Shown one piece after another: positions 45,018-55,491 of a DNA stretch of 56,861 bases. The position numbers and the translations under genes are program-made. This DNA is from an uncultured Oscillospiraceae bacterium (GTDB lineage Bacteria > Bacillota > Clostridia > UMGS1883), in NCBI GenBank assembly GCA_964604405.1, contig CAZRYW010000001.1, positions 1-56,861 of the forward strand. Direction: 5' to 3'. The notes below the pieces were generated by a model. The model did not search any database and was not told the DNA's origin. It saw only the letters and a list, made by a program, of their open reading frames with translations. How positions within the stretch are numbered: the first letter of the stretch is position 1; every line of letters begins with the position of its first letter.

Positions 45018-47450
45018 ATGTACGCAGAGGTTTATATCAATACTCCTTTGTTGAGCCTTGACAAGCCCTACACGTATAAGATTCCGAAAAAAATGGAATC
45101 GGAGGCCGTTAAAGGGGCGAGAGTGAAGGTGCCTTTCGGGTTTACGAACAGATTGTCGGAAGGTATAGTCACGAATTTGACGAGTGAGTGTGAATATGAA
45201 AGCGTTAAAGAAATAAAAAGTGTTACGGATGCAATGCCGCTTTTGAATGAGCGTGATTTGGAGCTGATTTTCAAAATGCGTGAAGACTATTATTGCACTT
45301 TTTACTCTGCGGCAAAGCTCTTGCTTCCCGTGGGAAGCGAACAGAAAAAAGAAGAATGGGTAAATATTACCGACAGATATACCAAAGAAGAGATTTTCGA
45401 AAAAGTCAAAAAGAGTGCCATGCAGGAAAGGCTGGTAATGCTTTTGGAGAATGCCTCGGGAAGCATGGAGATGACCGCAATACGGGCGGAAATGGGAAAA
45501 GCGGCTCGCAGTTATGTTAACTCTTTGGTTAAAAAAGGCATTGCGGATGTGGAAGTGAAAAGCATACGCAAGGTGAAAGACAAAAAAGTGAAAGTCGCTT
45601 ATTATGCGGCAGCGGAAGACCCCGAACAATTGAGCGCTTCGATTGAAAAAAAATCTCCCATGCAGGCAAAAATTGTGAGATTTTTGTCGGACGGCGGAAA
45701 ATATACTCTGTCGGATATAATTGTGAGTTGCGCCTGTTCGAGAAACAGTATAGAAGCACTTGAAATAAAAGGGATTATAAAAATCGAAGAAAAAGAGATT
45801 TTGCGCTCTCCCAAGAGCGATATAGGAGAAAGAACAAAGGCGTTTGACGCTACAGAAGAGCAGAAAAATGCCATCAATACGATACAAAACGACCCTCACG
45901 GGACGTATCTGATACACGGAGTGACGGGAAGCGGAAAAACCGAGGTGTATTTGCAACTGGTTGACTCCGTAATAAAAAACGGAAAACAGGCGATTGTTCT
46001 CGTACCCGAAATATCGCTGACACCCCAAATTACGGATCGCTTTTACAAAAGATTCGGTTCGGTTGTTGCCGTGATACATTCGGCATTGTCGCTCGGAGAA
46101 AGATATGATGAATACAAAAGGATAATTTCGGGCGAAGCTAAAGTTGTTGTGGGTGCGAGAAGTGCGGTTTTCGCACCGGTGAGAAAACCTGGGATAATAA
46201 TTGTGGATGAGGAACACGAGTATTCGTACAAGTCGGAAACGACACCGAAATACCATGCAATTGCAATTGCGAAAATGCGTGCGGAGAGTTATGACTGTCC
46301 GCTGGTATTGGCATCGGCAACACCTTCTGCCGAAAGCTACTACAAAGCAAAATCGGGTGAATACAAGCTCATTGAGCTGACGAAAAGATATAATGACAAT
46401 CCTCTGCCGAAAGTCGAGATTGTCGATATGCGCCGTGAATTGAACGAGGGAAACCGCATGGTTTTGAGCCGTGCGTTGGCGCGGAACATGTATGAAAATC
46501 TGAAAAACAACGAGCAAACGATACTTTTTTTGAACAGACGAGGATTTTCGACGTTTGTGTCGTGCCGTGAGTGCGGATTTGTGTATATGTGTCCCAAATG
46601 TAGCGTTTCGCTGACGTATCACACATCAAACGATACGTTGAACTGTCATATGTGCGGTTACAGACGAACTCGCGACGAAAACTGTCCCGTTTGCAAAAGC
46701 AAAAAGATACGTGATTTCGGAACCGGTACGCAAAAGGCGGAAAAGCAAATTGCGGAGATTTTTCCCACGGCGAAAATCGTCAGGATGGATGCCGACACGA
46801 CGGGAGGAAAAAACGGTCACGAAAAAGTATTGGATGAGTTTGAAAAAAGCGGTTCGGACATACTTTTGGGAACACAGATGGTGTCCAAGGGATTGGATTT
46901 TCCGCACGTAACGTTGGTTGGCGCACTTGCTGCGGATTCGTCGCTGTATTCGGACGATTTCAGAGCGCAGGAGCGAACGTTTGCATTGATAACACAGGTT
47001 TGCGGACGTGCGGGACGAGGCGAAAAAGCGGGAAGAGCAATCATACAGACGTATTCACCCGAGAACAGGGTGCTGAAGCTTGCTGCAGTACAAGATTACA
47101 AAACGTTTTTCGAGGAAGAGATTGAGTTTAGAAAAGCGTTCGGATATCCTCCGTTCGAGCATATTGTGAATATAATAATAAGCGGAGAAGAAGAGGATAA
47201 GTGTGAAATTGTCGCAAACAAATGCTACGGAGAATTGAGAGTGGCATCGTGTGTGAGACAAAGCGGAGTGACGATTTTTCAGCCGCAGGACGCACCGATA
47301 AAAAAGATACAGGGCAGATACAGAAAGAGAATATGGTTTAAAACAAAGGATATAGATTCTTTCGCTCGGACTTTCAGAAAAATTTTGGCGGCGAAAAGAG
47401 AAAACGGAGTTCAGATAAGCATTGACGTTGACCCGTATTCGATGAGCTGA
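45018..47450 (+). CDS. priA: Primosomal protein N' (replication restart helicase)
   Basis: Walker A (GVTGSGKTEVY), DEEH box, and a Cys-rich zinc-binding insert (CRECG..CPKC..CHMCG..CPVC). Confidence 0.95.
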   Translation: MYAEVYINTPLLSLDKPYTYKIPKKMESEAVKGARVKVPFGFTNRLSEGIVTNLTSECEYESVKEIKSVTDAMPLLNERDLELIFKMREDYYCTFYSAAKLLLPVGSEQKKEEWVNITDRYTKEEIFEKVKKSAMQERLVMLLENASGSMEMTAIRAEMGKAARSYVNSLVKKGIADVEVKSIRKVKDKKVKVAYYAAAEDPEQLSASIEKKSPMQAKIVRFLSDGGKYTLSDIIVSCACSRNSIEALEIKGIIKIEEKEILRSPKSDIGERTKAFDATEEQKNAINTIQNDPHGTYLIHGVTGSGKTEVYLQLVDSVIKNGKQAIVLVPEISLTPQITDRFYKRFGSVVAVIHSALSLGERYDEYKRIISGEAKVVVGARSAVFAPVRKPGIIIVDEEHEYSYKSETTPKYHAIAIAKMRAESYDCPLVLASATPSAESYYKAKSGEYKLIELTKRYNDNPLPKVEIVDMRRELNEGNRMVLSRALARNMYENLKNNEQTILFLNRRGFSTFVSCRECGFVYMCPKCSVSLTYHTSNDTLNCHMCGYRRTRDENCPVCKSKKIRDFGTGTQKAEKQIAEIFPTAKIVRMDADTTGGKNGHEKVLDEFEKSGSDILLGTQMVSKGLDFPHVTLVGALAADSSLYSDDFRAQERTFALITQVCGRAGRGEKAGRAIIQTYSPENRVLKLAAVQDYKTFFEEEIEFRKAFGYPPFEHIVNIIISGEEEDKCEIVANKCYGELRVASCVRQSGVTIFQPQDAPIKKIQGRYRKRIWFKTKDIDSFARTFRKILAAKRENGVQISIDVDPYSMS

Positions 47451-47482
47451 GAGAATGGTTAAAAGATAAAGGAGAAATTGAC

Positions 47483-47947
47483 ATGGCTATAAGAGAAATA
47501 AGAAAAGAAGGCGATCCTTGCCTTACGAAGGTTTGCAGAAAGGTTGAGAAATTTGACGAAAGACTGCATATTCTTTTGGATGACATGAAAGATACATTGA
47601 AGCTTTCGGAAGGGGTAGGACTTGCGGCACCGCAGGTAGGTATTTTGAAGAGAATTTTTGTAATAGATGTTCCCGATGAAGGAATGGTTGAGTTTATCAA
47701 TCCCGTTATCGTAAGCACGGAGGGAAGCTACGTTGATGCCGAGGGTTGTTTGTCGCTTCCCGGAAAAGCGGGAAACGTGGAAAGACCGATGAAGACGACT
47801 GTTCGTGCTTTTGACAGAGACGGCAACGAGTTTGAATTTACGGGCGAAGAGTTGTATTCAAAATGCCTTTGCCACGAAAATGACCATTTGGACGGTATTT
47901 TGTATGCATCCAAGGTTATCGAATGGCTTGATGTGGAAGAAGACTGA
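47483..47947 (+). CDS. def: Peptide deformylase
   Basis: Contains GVGLAAPQVG, EGCLSLPG and HENDHLDG. Confidence 0.96.
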   Translation: MAIREIRKEGDPCLTKVCRKVEKFDERLHILLDDMKDTLKLSEGVGLAAPQVGILKRIFVIDVPDEGMVEFINPVIVSTEGSYVDAEGCLSLPGKAGNVERPMKTTVRAFDRDGNEFEFTGEELYSKCLCHENDHLDGILYASKVIEWLDVEED

Positions 47948-47959
47948 TTGGAGAAGAAT

Positions 47960-48886
47960 ATGAAGATTTTATATATGGGTACGCCGGATTTTGCGGCGGT
48001 TTGCTTGGAAAAGCTGATTGAAAACGGATATGATGTGGCGGGCGTTGTCTCGCAACCGGATAAACCCAAGGGCAGAGGCATGAACATGGTGCCGACTCCG
48101 GTAAAACAGGTTGCGGTAGACCACGGGATTCCCGTGTTTCAGCCCGACAAAATCAAAAACGGTGAGCTGATGCCTTTTTTGAATGAAATTTGCCCCGATT
48201 TGATAATTGTTGTGGCATACGGAAAAATTTTGCCTGAAGACGTTTTGAATTATCCGAAATACGGATGTGTAAACGCACATGCGTCGCTTTTGCCGGAATA
48301 CAGAGGCGCCGCTCCGATACAGAGAGTTATTATCGATGGAAAAACCGAAACGGGTGTTACGGCGATGTATATGGAAAAGGGATTGGACACGGGTAATATT
48401 ATTTTGGCGGAAAAAATCAAAATAGAGGATACCGATACGGGCGAAACTCTCCACGATAAACTCGCTTTGGTGGGTGCCGACGTTTTGATGAAAACAATCG
48501 AGAGATTTAAAAAAGGAGATTTTTCATCGGTCAAGCAGGATGACGAAAAGGCGACATATGCCAAGATGCTGACAAAGGCAGAGGGAGAAATCGACTGGAG
48601 TAAGACAAATACCGAAATTTACAATTTTATCAGAGGTATGGATTCGTGGCCCATGGCGTATACCTATTATGCGGGAAAGAGATTTGTTTTGTACGAATGT
48701 GAGAAAGTCGAAGGAAAAGGACAATGCGGAGAAGTGATTGCAGTCGAGAAAGACAGCTTCACGGTTGCCGCAGCGGAGGGCGCAATAAAAATCGGTGCAG
48801 TTAAATTCGACGGAAAAAAGCGTATGAGCGTAAGAGAATATTTTGTGGGAAACAAAATCGAAAAAGGTGCTTTTTTGGGCAGATGA
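47960..48886 (+). CDS. fmt: Methionyl-tRNA formyltransferase
   Basis: Begins MKILYMGTPDFA and contains NAHASLLPEYRGAAPIQ. Confidence 0.95.
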   Translation: MKILYMGTPDFAAVCLEKLIENGYDVAGVVSQPDKPKGRGMNMVPTPVKQVAVDHGIPVFQPDKIKNGELMPFLNEICPDLIIVVAYGKILPEDVLNYPKYGCVNAHASLLPEYRGAAPIQRVIIDGKTETGVTAMYMEKGLDTGNIILAEKIKIEDTDTGETLHDKLALVGADVLMKTIERFKKGDFSSVKQDDEKATYAKMLTKAEGEIDWSKTNTEIYNFIRGMDSWPMAYTYYAGKRFVLYECEKVEGKGQCGEVIAVEKDSFTVAAAEGAIKIGAVKFDGKKRMSVREYFVGNKIEKGAFLGR

Positions 48887-48900
48887 GAAAGGTGATTTAA

Positions 48901-49596
48901 ATGTTTGATATTTATTATATCGTGCTTGTATTGCCCGCGGTAATATTGTCGATGTGGGCACAGTCGAAGGTGAATTCAAATTTTAAAAAGTATTCGAAAG
49001 TTTATACGAGACGCAATATGACGGGGTTTGACGCGGCAAGACAAATTCTTGACTCGAACGGACTTTTCGATGTGAAAATCGAAAGCGTGAGAGGCAATCT
49101 GACAGACCATTACGATCCGAAAGAAAACGTCATCAGACTGTCGGATTCGGTACGAAACAGCACGTCGGTTGCGGCGGTGGGTGTTGCCGCTCACGAAGCG
49201 GGTCATGCGCTGCAACATGCACAAGGCTATGCTCCGATAAAATTACGCAATTCGCTTGTTCCGGTAGCGAATATCGGTTCGCAGATGGCGATTCCGTTGA
49301 TTATATTGGGATTTGTGCTCATGGGGATGGAAAGCGTATTCGGCTCAACGTGCGTTTGGGCGGGTATTATACTGTTTTCGGCGGCGGTGCTTTTTCAGGT
49401 GGTTACGCTCCCGGTTGAATTTGATGCGTCGAACCGTGCTATTAAGGTTTTGAGCGGATACGGATATATCGAAGATGACGAAAAAGCTCACGTCAAAAAG
49501 GTGCTCGGTGCTGCGGCACTCACCTATGTTGCGGCTGCCGCTACGAGTATAGCGCAGCTTTTGAGATTGATTTTGATTGCAAGGGACAGAGATTGA
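48901..49596 (+). CDS. Membrane zinc metallopeptidase, YugP-like
   Basis: Contains HEAGHALQH, several TM segments, and an N-terminal TM helix. Confidence 0.8.
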   Translation: MFDIYYIVLVLPAVILSMWAQSKVNSNFKKYSKVYTRRNMTGFDAARQILDSNGLFDVKIESVRGNLTDHYDPKENVIRLSDSVRNSTSVAAVGVAAHEAGHALQHAQGYAPIKLRNSLVPVANIGSQMAIPLIILGFVLMGMESVFGSTCVWAGIILFSAAVLFQVVTLPVEFDASNRAIKVLSGYGYIEDDEKAHVKKVLGAAALTYVAAAATSIAQLLRLILIARDRD

Positions 49597-50888
49597 TGGC
49601 AAGTAATTTATCGCCGGCGAGAGAAGCGGCATTGAAAACTTTATATGCCGTGGAAAAAGACGGCGCATATTTGAACATAGCATTGAACGATATTATCGCA
49701 GAATGCAAACTCAGTCAACCCGATGCGGGACTGTGTACGGAATTGGTGCTCGGAGTTGAGCGAAACAGACTCTATATTGACAATATTATTTCGAATCTTT
49801 CATCAATAAGATTGAAAAAAATATCGGTATGGATTTTGAATATTTTGAGAATCGGGATTTATTCGTTGAAGTTTTTGGAGAAAATTCCCGAAAGCGCTAC
49901 GGTAAACGAATGTGTTAAATTGGCAAAAAGATACGGACATGCGAAAAGCTCGGGCTTTGTTAATGCGATTTTGCGAAAAGCGGCATCGTCGGGCGACTTT
50001 TTGCCGAATAAAGACAGCGACGAATACCTGTCGGTTTTTTATTCGTACCCCGATTGGATGGTGCAAAAGTGGAAAAGCGAGGGCGTCGGCAACATAGAAG
50101 ATTTGATGCATGCGGGAAATGTGACACCGCCCACGTATCTGAGACGAAATGCTATCAAAGGAGATTTTGAAATCCCTGACGGAATAGAAAAAGCACCTTT
50201 GGGAAAAAATTCGTATATATATACAAAGAGCGGTGCTTTTAACGGAACGAAACTCCAAAAAGAGGGATATTTTTCGATACAGGATGTTGCAAGTCAGCTG
50301 GCGGTTGAAGCCTTGGAGCCGAAAGCGGGCATGGAGGTTTTGGATCTTTGCGCCGCACCCGGAGGCAAAAGCGAATATATAGCGGAGCTTATGGGAAATT
50401 CTGGCAGAGTGATTGCGTGCGATTTGTATCCGCATAAAACAGAGCTGATTGACAAGAGCGCCGAAAGACTCGGCATTGAAATCATAGAGACGCTCGTAAA
50501 CGATGCGGAAAAATTTGTTCCACGTTTCGAAAACAGATTTGACAGGGTTCTTCTCGACGCACCGTGCTCGGGACTCGGCATTATTCGCCGAAAGCCCGAT
50601 ATAAAATGGACAAAAGATGCTTGCGACTGCTCGTCGCTTGCGAAGACACAGTTTAAGATGCTCAGTAATGGCAAAAGATACGTGAAAAAAGGCGGAATAT
50701 TGGTATATTCGACCTGCACGATAAGCAAAATGGAAAATGAGCAGATGGCACAGCTGTTTTTGAGAGAAAACAAGAATTTTGAGGCATTGCCGACAGATTA
50801 CATGAACGAAAAGGGTTACTGCCAGCTGTTGCCGAATATACATAACACAGACGGATTCTTTATTGCGAGGTTTATACGCCGTGATTAA
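49596..50888 (+). CDS. rsmB: 16S rRNA (cytosine967-C5)-methyltransferase
   Basis: NusB-like N-terminal domain, a SAM-methyltransferase core (DLCAAPGGKS, DAPCSGLG), and the catalytic Cys region YSTCT. Confidence 0.92.
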   Translation: MASNLSPAREAALKTLYAVEKDGAYLNIALNDIIAECKLSQPDAGLCTELVLGVERNRLYIDNIISNLSSIRLKKISVWILNILRIGIYSLKFLEKIPESATVNECVKLAKRYGHAKSSGFVNAILRKAASSGDFLPNKDSDEYLSVFYSYPDWMVQKWKSEGVGNIEDLMHAGNVTPPTYLRRNAIKGDFEIPDGIEKAPLGKNSYIYTKSGAFNGTKLQKEGYFSIQDVASQLAVEALEPKAGMEVLDLCAAPGGKSEYIAELMGNSGRVIACDLYPHKTELIDKSAERLGIEIIETLVNDAEKFVPRFENRFDRVLLDAPCSGLGIIRRKPDIKWTKDACDCSSLAKTQFKMLSNGKRYVKKGGILVYSTCTISKMENEQMAQLFLRENKNFEALPTDYMNEKGYCQLLPNIHNTDGFFIARFIRRD

Positions 50889-51903
50889 TCTTGGAGATTT
50901 TACACTTGAACAATTAACTGAATATTTTGTAAACGCCGGAGAAGCGAAATTCAGAGGAAAGCAGGTTTTTTCGCTTATCAATAAAGGTGCGGAAAGCATT
51001 GATGATTTGAAATGCCTCTCAAAGGCTTTGAGAGAAAAGATGAAAGAAGATGCAGAGGTTTATTTGCCGCAAATTGAAAGAAAGCTGACAAGTAAGATAG
51101 ACGGTACGGTGAAATATTTGTTGCGTTTATCCGACGGAAATATTATAGAAACCGTGGCGATGCGATATCATCACGGAATTTCCGTGTGCGTTTCAAGTCA
51201 AGTAGGATGCGCTATGGGATGCAGTTTTTGCGCTTCGACATTGGGAGGCAAGGTCAGAAACCTTGCTCCGCACGAAATTACGGGACAAATTATAAGGGTT
51301 ATAAAGGACTTGGGCGAGAGAGTGTCGAATATTGTTGTGATGGGAATAGGAGAACCGTTTGATAATTACGACAATTTGATGGTTTTTCTCAAAAACATTA
51401 ACAATCCCGACGGGGTGAATCTGGGATACAGACATATAACGGTATCTACCTGCGGATTGGTGCCCAAAATAATAGATTTTGCAAACGAGGGTATTCAGGT
51501 GAATTTGGCGGTGTCGCTTCATGCACCGACGGATGAATACAGAAAGGCTATAATGCCGATTGCAAAAAGATACTCGATAGAAGAATTGATAAAAGCGTGC
51601 AGATATTATTTTGATAAAACAGGCAGACGAATTACATACGAATATGCACTAATCGAAGGCAAAAACAGCTCGGATGAATGTGCAATGAAGCTGATAGAGC
51701 TGTTGAGAGGCGATAATTGTCATATTAACCTGATACCTGTCAACGATGTTAAGGAACGGGGAAATGTGAGAGTGAGCAAAAAGAGAGTGGAAGAGTTTAA
51801 ATCACTCTTGGAAAAAGGTCACATTGCGGCAACGGTGCGTCGTGAATTGGGTAGCGATATATCGGCATCGTGCGGTCAGCTTCGCAACAGCGTAATAGGT
51901 TAA
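50881..51903 (+). CDS. rlmN: 23S rRNA/tRNA (adenine-C2)-methyltransferase, radical SAM
   Basis: Contains CAMGCSFCAS and GMGEP-like GIGEPFDN. A GTG start at 50881 gives a typical N-terminus; the ORF track starts at TTG 50863. Confidence 0.92.
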   Translation: MINLGDFTLEQLTEYFVNAGEAKFRGKQVFSLINKGAESIDDLKCLSKALREKMKEDAEVYLPQIERKLTSKIDGTVKYLLRLSDGNIIETVAMRYHHGISVCVSSQVGCAMGCSFCASTLGGKVRNLAPHEITGQIIRVIKDLGERVSNIVVMGIGEPFDNYDNLMVFLKNINNPDGVNLGYRHITVSTCGLVPKIIDFANEGIQVNLAVSLHAPTDEYRKAIMPIAKRYSIEELIKACRYYFDKTGRRITYEYALIEGKNSSDECAMKLIELLRGDNCHINLIPVNDVKERGNVRVSKKRVEEFKSLLEKGHIAATVRRELGSDISASCGQLRNSVIG

Positions 51904-51922
51904 ACAACCGGAGGTGGTCAAC

Positions 51923-52657
51923 ATGGAATACAGAGCTTTGACGGATGTTGGATTGAAAAGAACAAACAACGAGGATTCCTATCTCATTAATGACGGCGGC
52001 GACAGAAAGCTGTTTGTCATTGCTGACGGAATGGGCGGTCATAATGCGGGCGAAATCGCATCAAGCGAGGCTTGCTCAATGATTGAAAAATATATAAAAA
52101 CTCATGATGGCGCTATTGATGAGGTACTGAGGGATGCTGTTTGCCATGCCAACCGACAGCTTTTTATTCGCGCGTCTGAAAACAATGCCATGAGCGGTAT
52201 GGGAACAACGATTGACGCATTGATTGCCGAGAAAAACAAAATTCATATTGCTCATGTGGGGGACAGCAGAGTGTATATTGTATCACATGATGCAATCAGA
52301 AAGATTACGCACGATCACAGCGTTGTGGGGATGATGGTGGATTCGGGTTCGATTACGGAAGAGGAAGCTCGTGTTCATCCGCAACGCAATCTCATTACGA
52401 GAGCTGTCGGAACGGCGATGACGCTCGAAGTGGATATTGTAGATGAGACGATACATAACGGAGAATGGATACTCATGTGTACAGACGGATTGACAAATAT
52501 GGTACCGAAAGACGAAATCCACCGTATTATCACTACCGCTTCAAACATTGATGAGGCGGCTGAAAAACTGATTGAAACGGCAAAGAAAAACGGAGGAGAT
52601 GACAATATTACAGTTATTCTCCTGAGCCGACATGCCAAAAAAGGGAGGAATAAGTGA
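51923..52657 (+). CDS. stp: PP2C-family Ser/Thr protein phosphatase
   Basis: Contains NEDS, ADGMGGH, and DGLTN...GGDDNITV. ATG 51923 lies 8 nt after GGAGG. Confidence 0.93.
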   Translation: MEYRALTDVGLKRTNNEDSYLINDGGDRKLFVIADGMGGHNAGEIASSEACSMIEKYIKTHDGAIDEVLRDAVCHANRQLFIRASENNAMSGMGTTIDALIAEKNKIHIAHVGDSRVYIVSHDAIRKITHDHSVVGMMVDSGSITEEEARVHPQRNLITRAVGTAMTLEVDIVDETIHNGEWILMCTDGLTNMVPKDEIHRIITTASNIDEAAEKLIETAKKNGGDDNITVILLSRHAKKGRNK

Positions 52658-54576
52658 TTATGATAGGCACTGTATTGGGAAACAGATACGAACTTGAGGA
52701 AAAAGTCGGCATAGGCGGTATGGCAGTTGTTTATAAGGCTATGGACCGTCTTCTCAATCGCTATGTTGCGGTAAAACTTTTAAGAAGCGAATTTCAGGAT
52801 AACGAAGAATTTATAAGAAGATTTAATATAGAAAGTCAGGCGGCGGCAAGCTTGTCGCATCCGAATATCGTTTCGATATATGATGTGGGTCAGTCGGGAC
52901 CGCTGCAATACATTGTAATGGAATATATCGAGGGCGTTACGTTGAAAGATTATATTGCCGAAAAAAAGGGCGGCATCTATTGGAAAGAGGCCACCGATAT
53001 TGCCATGCAAATATGCTCCGCACTCGAACACGCACATTCGAAGCATATTATACATAGGGATATAAAGCCTCAAAATATTATGATTAATACAGACGGTGTG
53101 ATAAAGGTTACGGATTTCGGCATTGCGAGAGCGGCAACGGGCGGTACTACGACGATGGAAGCAATGGGCAGCGCACATTACCTTTCGCCCGAACAGGCAC
53201 GAGGCGGTTATACCGATCAGAAGAGCGATATATATTCTTTGGGCGTTGTGCTTTATGAACTTTATACGGGCAAGCTGCCTTTTGACGGCGAAACACCCGT
53301 GGCGGTTGCAATGCAGCATATGCAGACGGAGCCTATTAAGCCGAGGGTGATTAATCCGGACATACCCAAAAGCGTGGAAAATATTATTTTGAAAGCGATG
53401 AGCAAAGAACAGAGGCTTAGATATGACAGCGCAAGCAGTATGCTTGCCGACATAAAGAAGGCATATACAGATCCCGAAACAAATTTGGAAAACGGTGATG
53501 ATGACGATAAATTCGGAACGAAAAAGTTTACGCCTATTGTGAATATTACCGTACCCTCGCAGGAAAAGCAGGTCATAAGACGCAGCGAGGAAGAAAGAGC
53601 GAAAAAGCAAAAACAGAAGAAACAATCAAAGGGAAAAGAGATTACGGCGATTGTGTGTGCCGTTGTTGTCTGTTTTACTCTTGCGTGTGCATTGGGTGTC
53701 ACAGTTGCGAAATTTGCAAAAGAAAACGGCGGAGAGGTTGTAAGCGAAGAATACGAAATGCCCAATCTCAAAGGCTTGACGAAAGATCAGGCAAAAGTCG
53801 AAATCGAAGATTTGAGAGAAGCGGGCTTTGAAATTGAGTTTGTGAGAGAATTCAGCACGACGGATAAGGACGAAGTTATAGAACAGTCTCCCGCAATGGG
53901 AAAAATCAAAGAGGGAACAAAAATAGTAATTACCGTGAGTGACGGCAAGGAACAGATTAACCTCGACGACTACACGAATATGCTCTCCGAAGATGCCATA
54001 AGCAAAATGGAAGAGCAGGGTCTTATTGTAAATACGAGTGAAGAAATGAGCAATGATATCGAAGAAGGATATGTTATCCGTCATCTTCCGTCTGCGGGTC
54101 AAATTGTGGAGACGGGAACAAAGGTGAGAATTTTTGTGTCATCCGGACCTAATAAATTCGCACTTTCGGATTACAGCGGAATGAGCATTGCAGATACAAA
54201 ATCCGCACTTGAAGAAATGGGAATTACGGTGACGGTTGAAAACATGTCGTCGGAAAGCGTTAAAGCGGGTCTTGTTATCAATCATTCGCCCTCCAGCGGT
54301 ACGGAAATGAAAAAGGGCGATAAGATAACGCTTTATGTGAGTACGGGACCTGAATTGATAGTTGTTCCGTCGCTTTTGGGACAGACGAGAGAACAGGCGG
54401 AAAACACTTTGAAAAACAACAACCTCAAGCTCGGAGACGTAAGAGAAATTACGTCGGGAGCACAGGCGGGCACGGTTGTGAAGCAGAGTGTCGATGCGGG
54501 AGTTAAAGTCGAAAAGAATACTGTTGTCGATATATCCGTGGCACTTGATATAAACGGATCGGAAACAGGTTTGTAA
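52654..54576 (+). CDS. prkC: Ser/Thr protein kinase with four PASTA repeats
   Basis: Hanks kinase motifs (GIGGMAVVYKA, HRDIKPQN, DFGIA), one TM segment, and four repeats of about 65 aa ending in ..G. The start is GTG 52654 or ATG 52660. Confidence 0.93.
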   Translation: MIMIGTVLGNRYELEEKVGIGGMAVVYKAMDRLLNRYVAVKLLRSEFQDNEEFIRRFNIESQAAASLSHPNIVSIYDVGQSGPLQYIVMEYIEGVTLKDYIAEKKGGIYWKEATDIAMQICSALEHAHSKHIIHRDIKPQNIMINTDGVIKVTDFGIARAATGGTTTMEAMGSAHYLSPEQARGGYTDQKSDIYSLGVVLYELYTGKLPFDGETPVAVAMQHMQTEPIKPRVINPDIPKSVENIILKAMSKEQRLRYDSASSMLADIKKAYTDPETNLENGDDDDKFGTKKFTPIVNITVPSQEKQVIRRSEEERAKKQKQKKQSKGKEITAIVCAVVVCFTLACALGVTVAKFAKENGGEVVSEEYEMPNLKGLTKDQAKVEIEDLREAGFEIEFVREFSTTDKDEVIEQSPAMGKIKEGTKIVITVSDGKEQINLDDYTNMLSEDAISKMEEQGLIVNTSEEMSNDIEEGYVIRHLPSAGQIVETGTKVRIFVSSGPNKFALSDYSGMSIADTKSALEEMGITVTVENMSSESVKAGLVINHSPSSGTEMKKGDKITLYVSTGPELIVVPSLLGQTREQAENTLKNNNLKLGDVREITSGAQAGTVVKQSVDAGVKVEKNTVVDISVALDINGSETGL

Positions 54577-54600
54577 TTTTTACAATCAGGGGGAAAAGCC

Positions 54601-55491
54601 TTGCTTTTGAAAGGAACTATAGTCAAAGGTATCGGCGGGTTTTATTACGTTGATACAAAAGACGGATTGATTGAATGTCGTGCAAGAGGAAAGTTTAGGA
54701 AAAACGAAATTTTGCCGATGGTAGGCGACAATGTGACTGTTGAAACAAACTCGGCTAGTACGGGAAGCGTTAAAGAGATTGACGAAAGGCATAATTTTTT
54801 GGTGCGTCCCGCAGTCAGCAACATTGATATGCTGATGATTGTGGCGGCGATTTCGAATCCGACTCCCGATACGGCACTTATTGACAAAATGCTGGTTATT
54901 GCCGAACAAAAGGGAATAAAAGGAGCGTTGTGTATTAACAAGAGCGATCTTGACAGCGACGGAAGCGTTGAAAAAATTAAATCGTGTTACATAAATGCCG
55001 GATATGAGGTTTTTGTGACGAGTGCCGAAAAAGACGAGGGCGTAGAAGAGCTGAAAGCGGTTTTGAAAGGGAAAACCACGGCTTTTGCGGGATTGTCGGG
55101 AGTAGGCAAGTCGAGTATTTTGACTCGCATAACGGGAAGAGAACTGGAAACGGGAGACACGAGCAAGATTGAGCGAGGGAAACATACGACAAGGCACGTG
55201 GAGCTGATAAAAACAGACGGCGGATATGTTTTTGATACACCGGGGTTTTCGCAGCTTGATGTTGAGAACATAAAGTGCAACGAACTGGAAAACTTTTTCC
55301 CGGAGATGGAAAAGTACAGAGGAAATTGCAAGTACAGAGGTTGCAGCCATATATCGGAGCCTGAGTGTGCCGTGAAAAAAGCCTTGGAAGAGGGTGCAAT
55401 CGCACAGTCGAGATATGAAAGCTATGTTAAAATGTACGAAAAACTCAAATTGATAAAAGATTGGGAAAGAGGCGGTTCAAATGGCAGATAA
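54601..55491 (+). CDS. rsgA: Ribosome small-subunit-dependent GTPase A
   Basis: Circularly permuted GTPase (NKSDL ... GLSGVGKSS ... DTPGF) with a C-terminal Cys zinc knuckle; TTG start. Confidence 0.93.
   Translation: MLLKGTIVKGIGGFYYVDTKDGLIECRARGKFRKNEILPMVGDNVTVETNSASTGSVKEIDERHNFLVRPAVSNIDMLMIVAAISNPTPDTALIDKMLVIAEQKGIKGALCINKSDLDSDGSVEKIKSCYINAGYEVFVTSAEKDEGVEELKAVLKGKTTAFAGLSGVGKSSILTRITGRELETGDTSKIERGKHTTRHVELIKTDGGYVFDTPGFSQLDVENIKCNELENFFPEMEKYRGNCKYRGCSHISEPECAVKKALEEGAIAQSRYESYVKMYEKLKLIKDWERGGSNGR

Noticed and set aside
44988-46622. Very long antisense ORFs, such as the 544-aa ORF opposite priA. Others include 31298-32671 opposite topA, 49803-50999 opposite rsmB, 21718-22908 opposite addB, 28349-29533, 38022-39140 and 4728-5765.
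   Set aside because: Each lies entirely inside a confidently identified sense gene. The translations are low-complexity (F/R/S/I/H-rich) with no recognisable motifs, RBSs or promoters. They are shadow ORFs that stay open because the coding strands are purine-rich.
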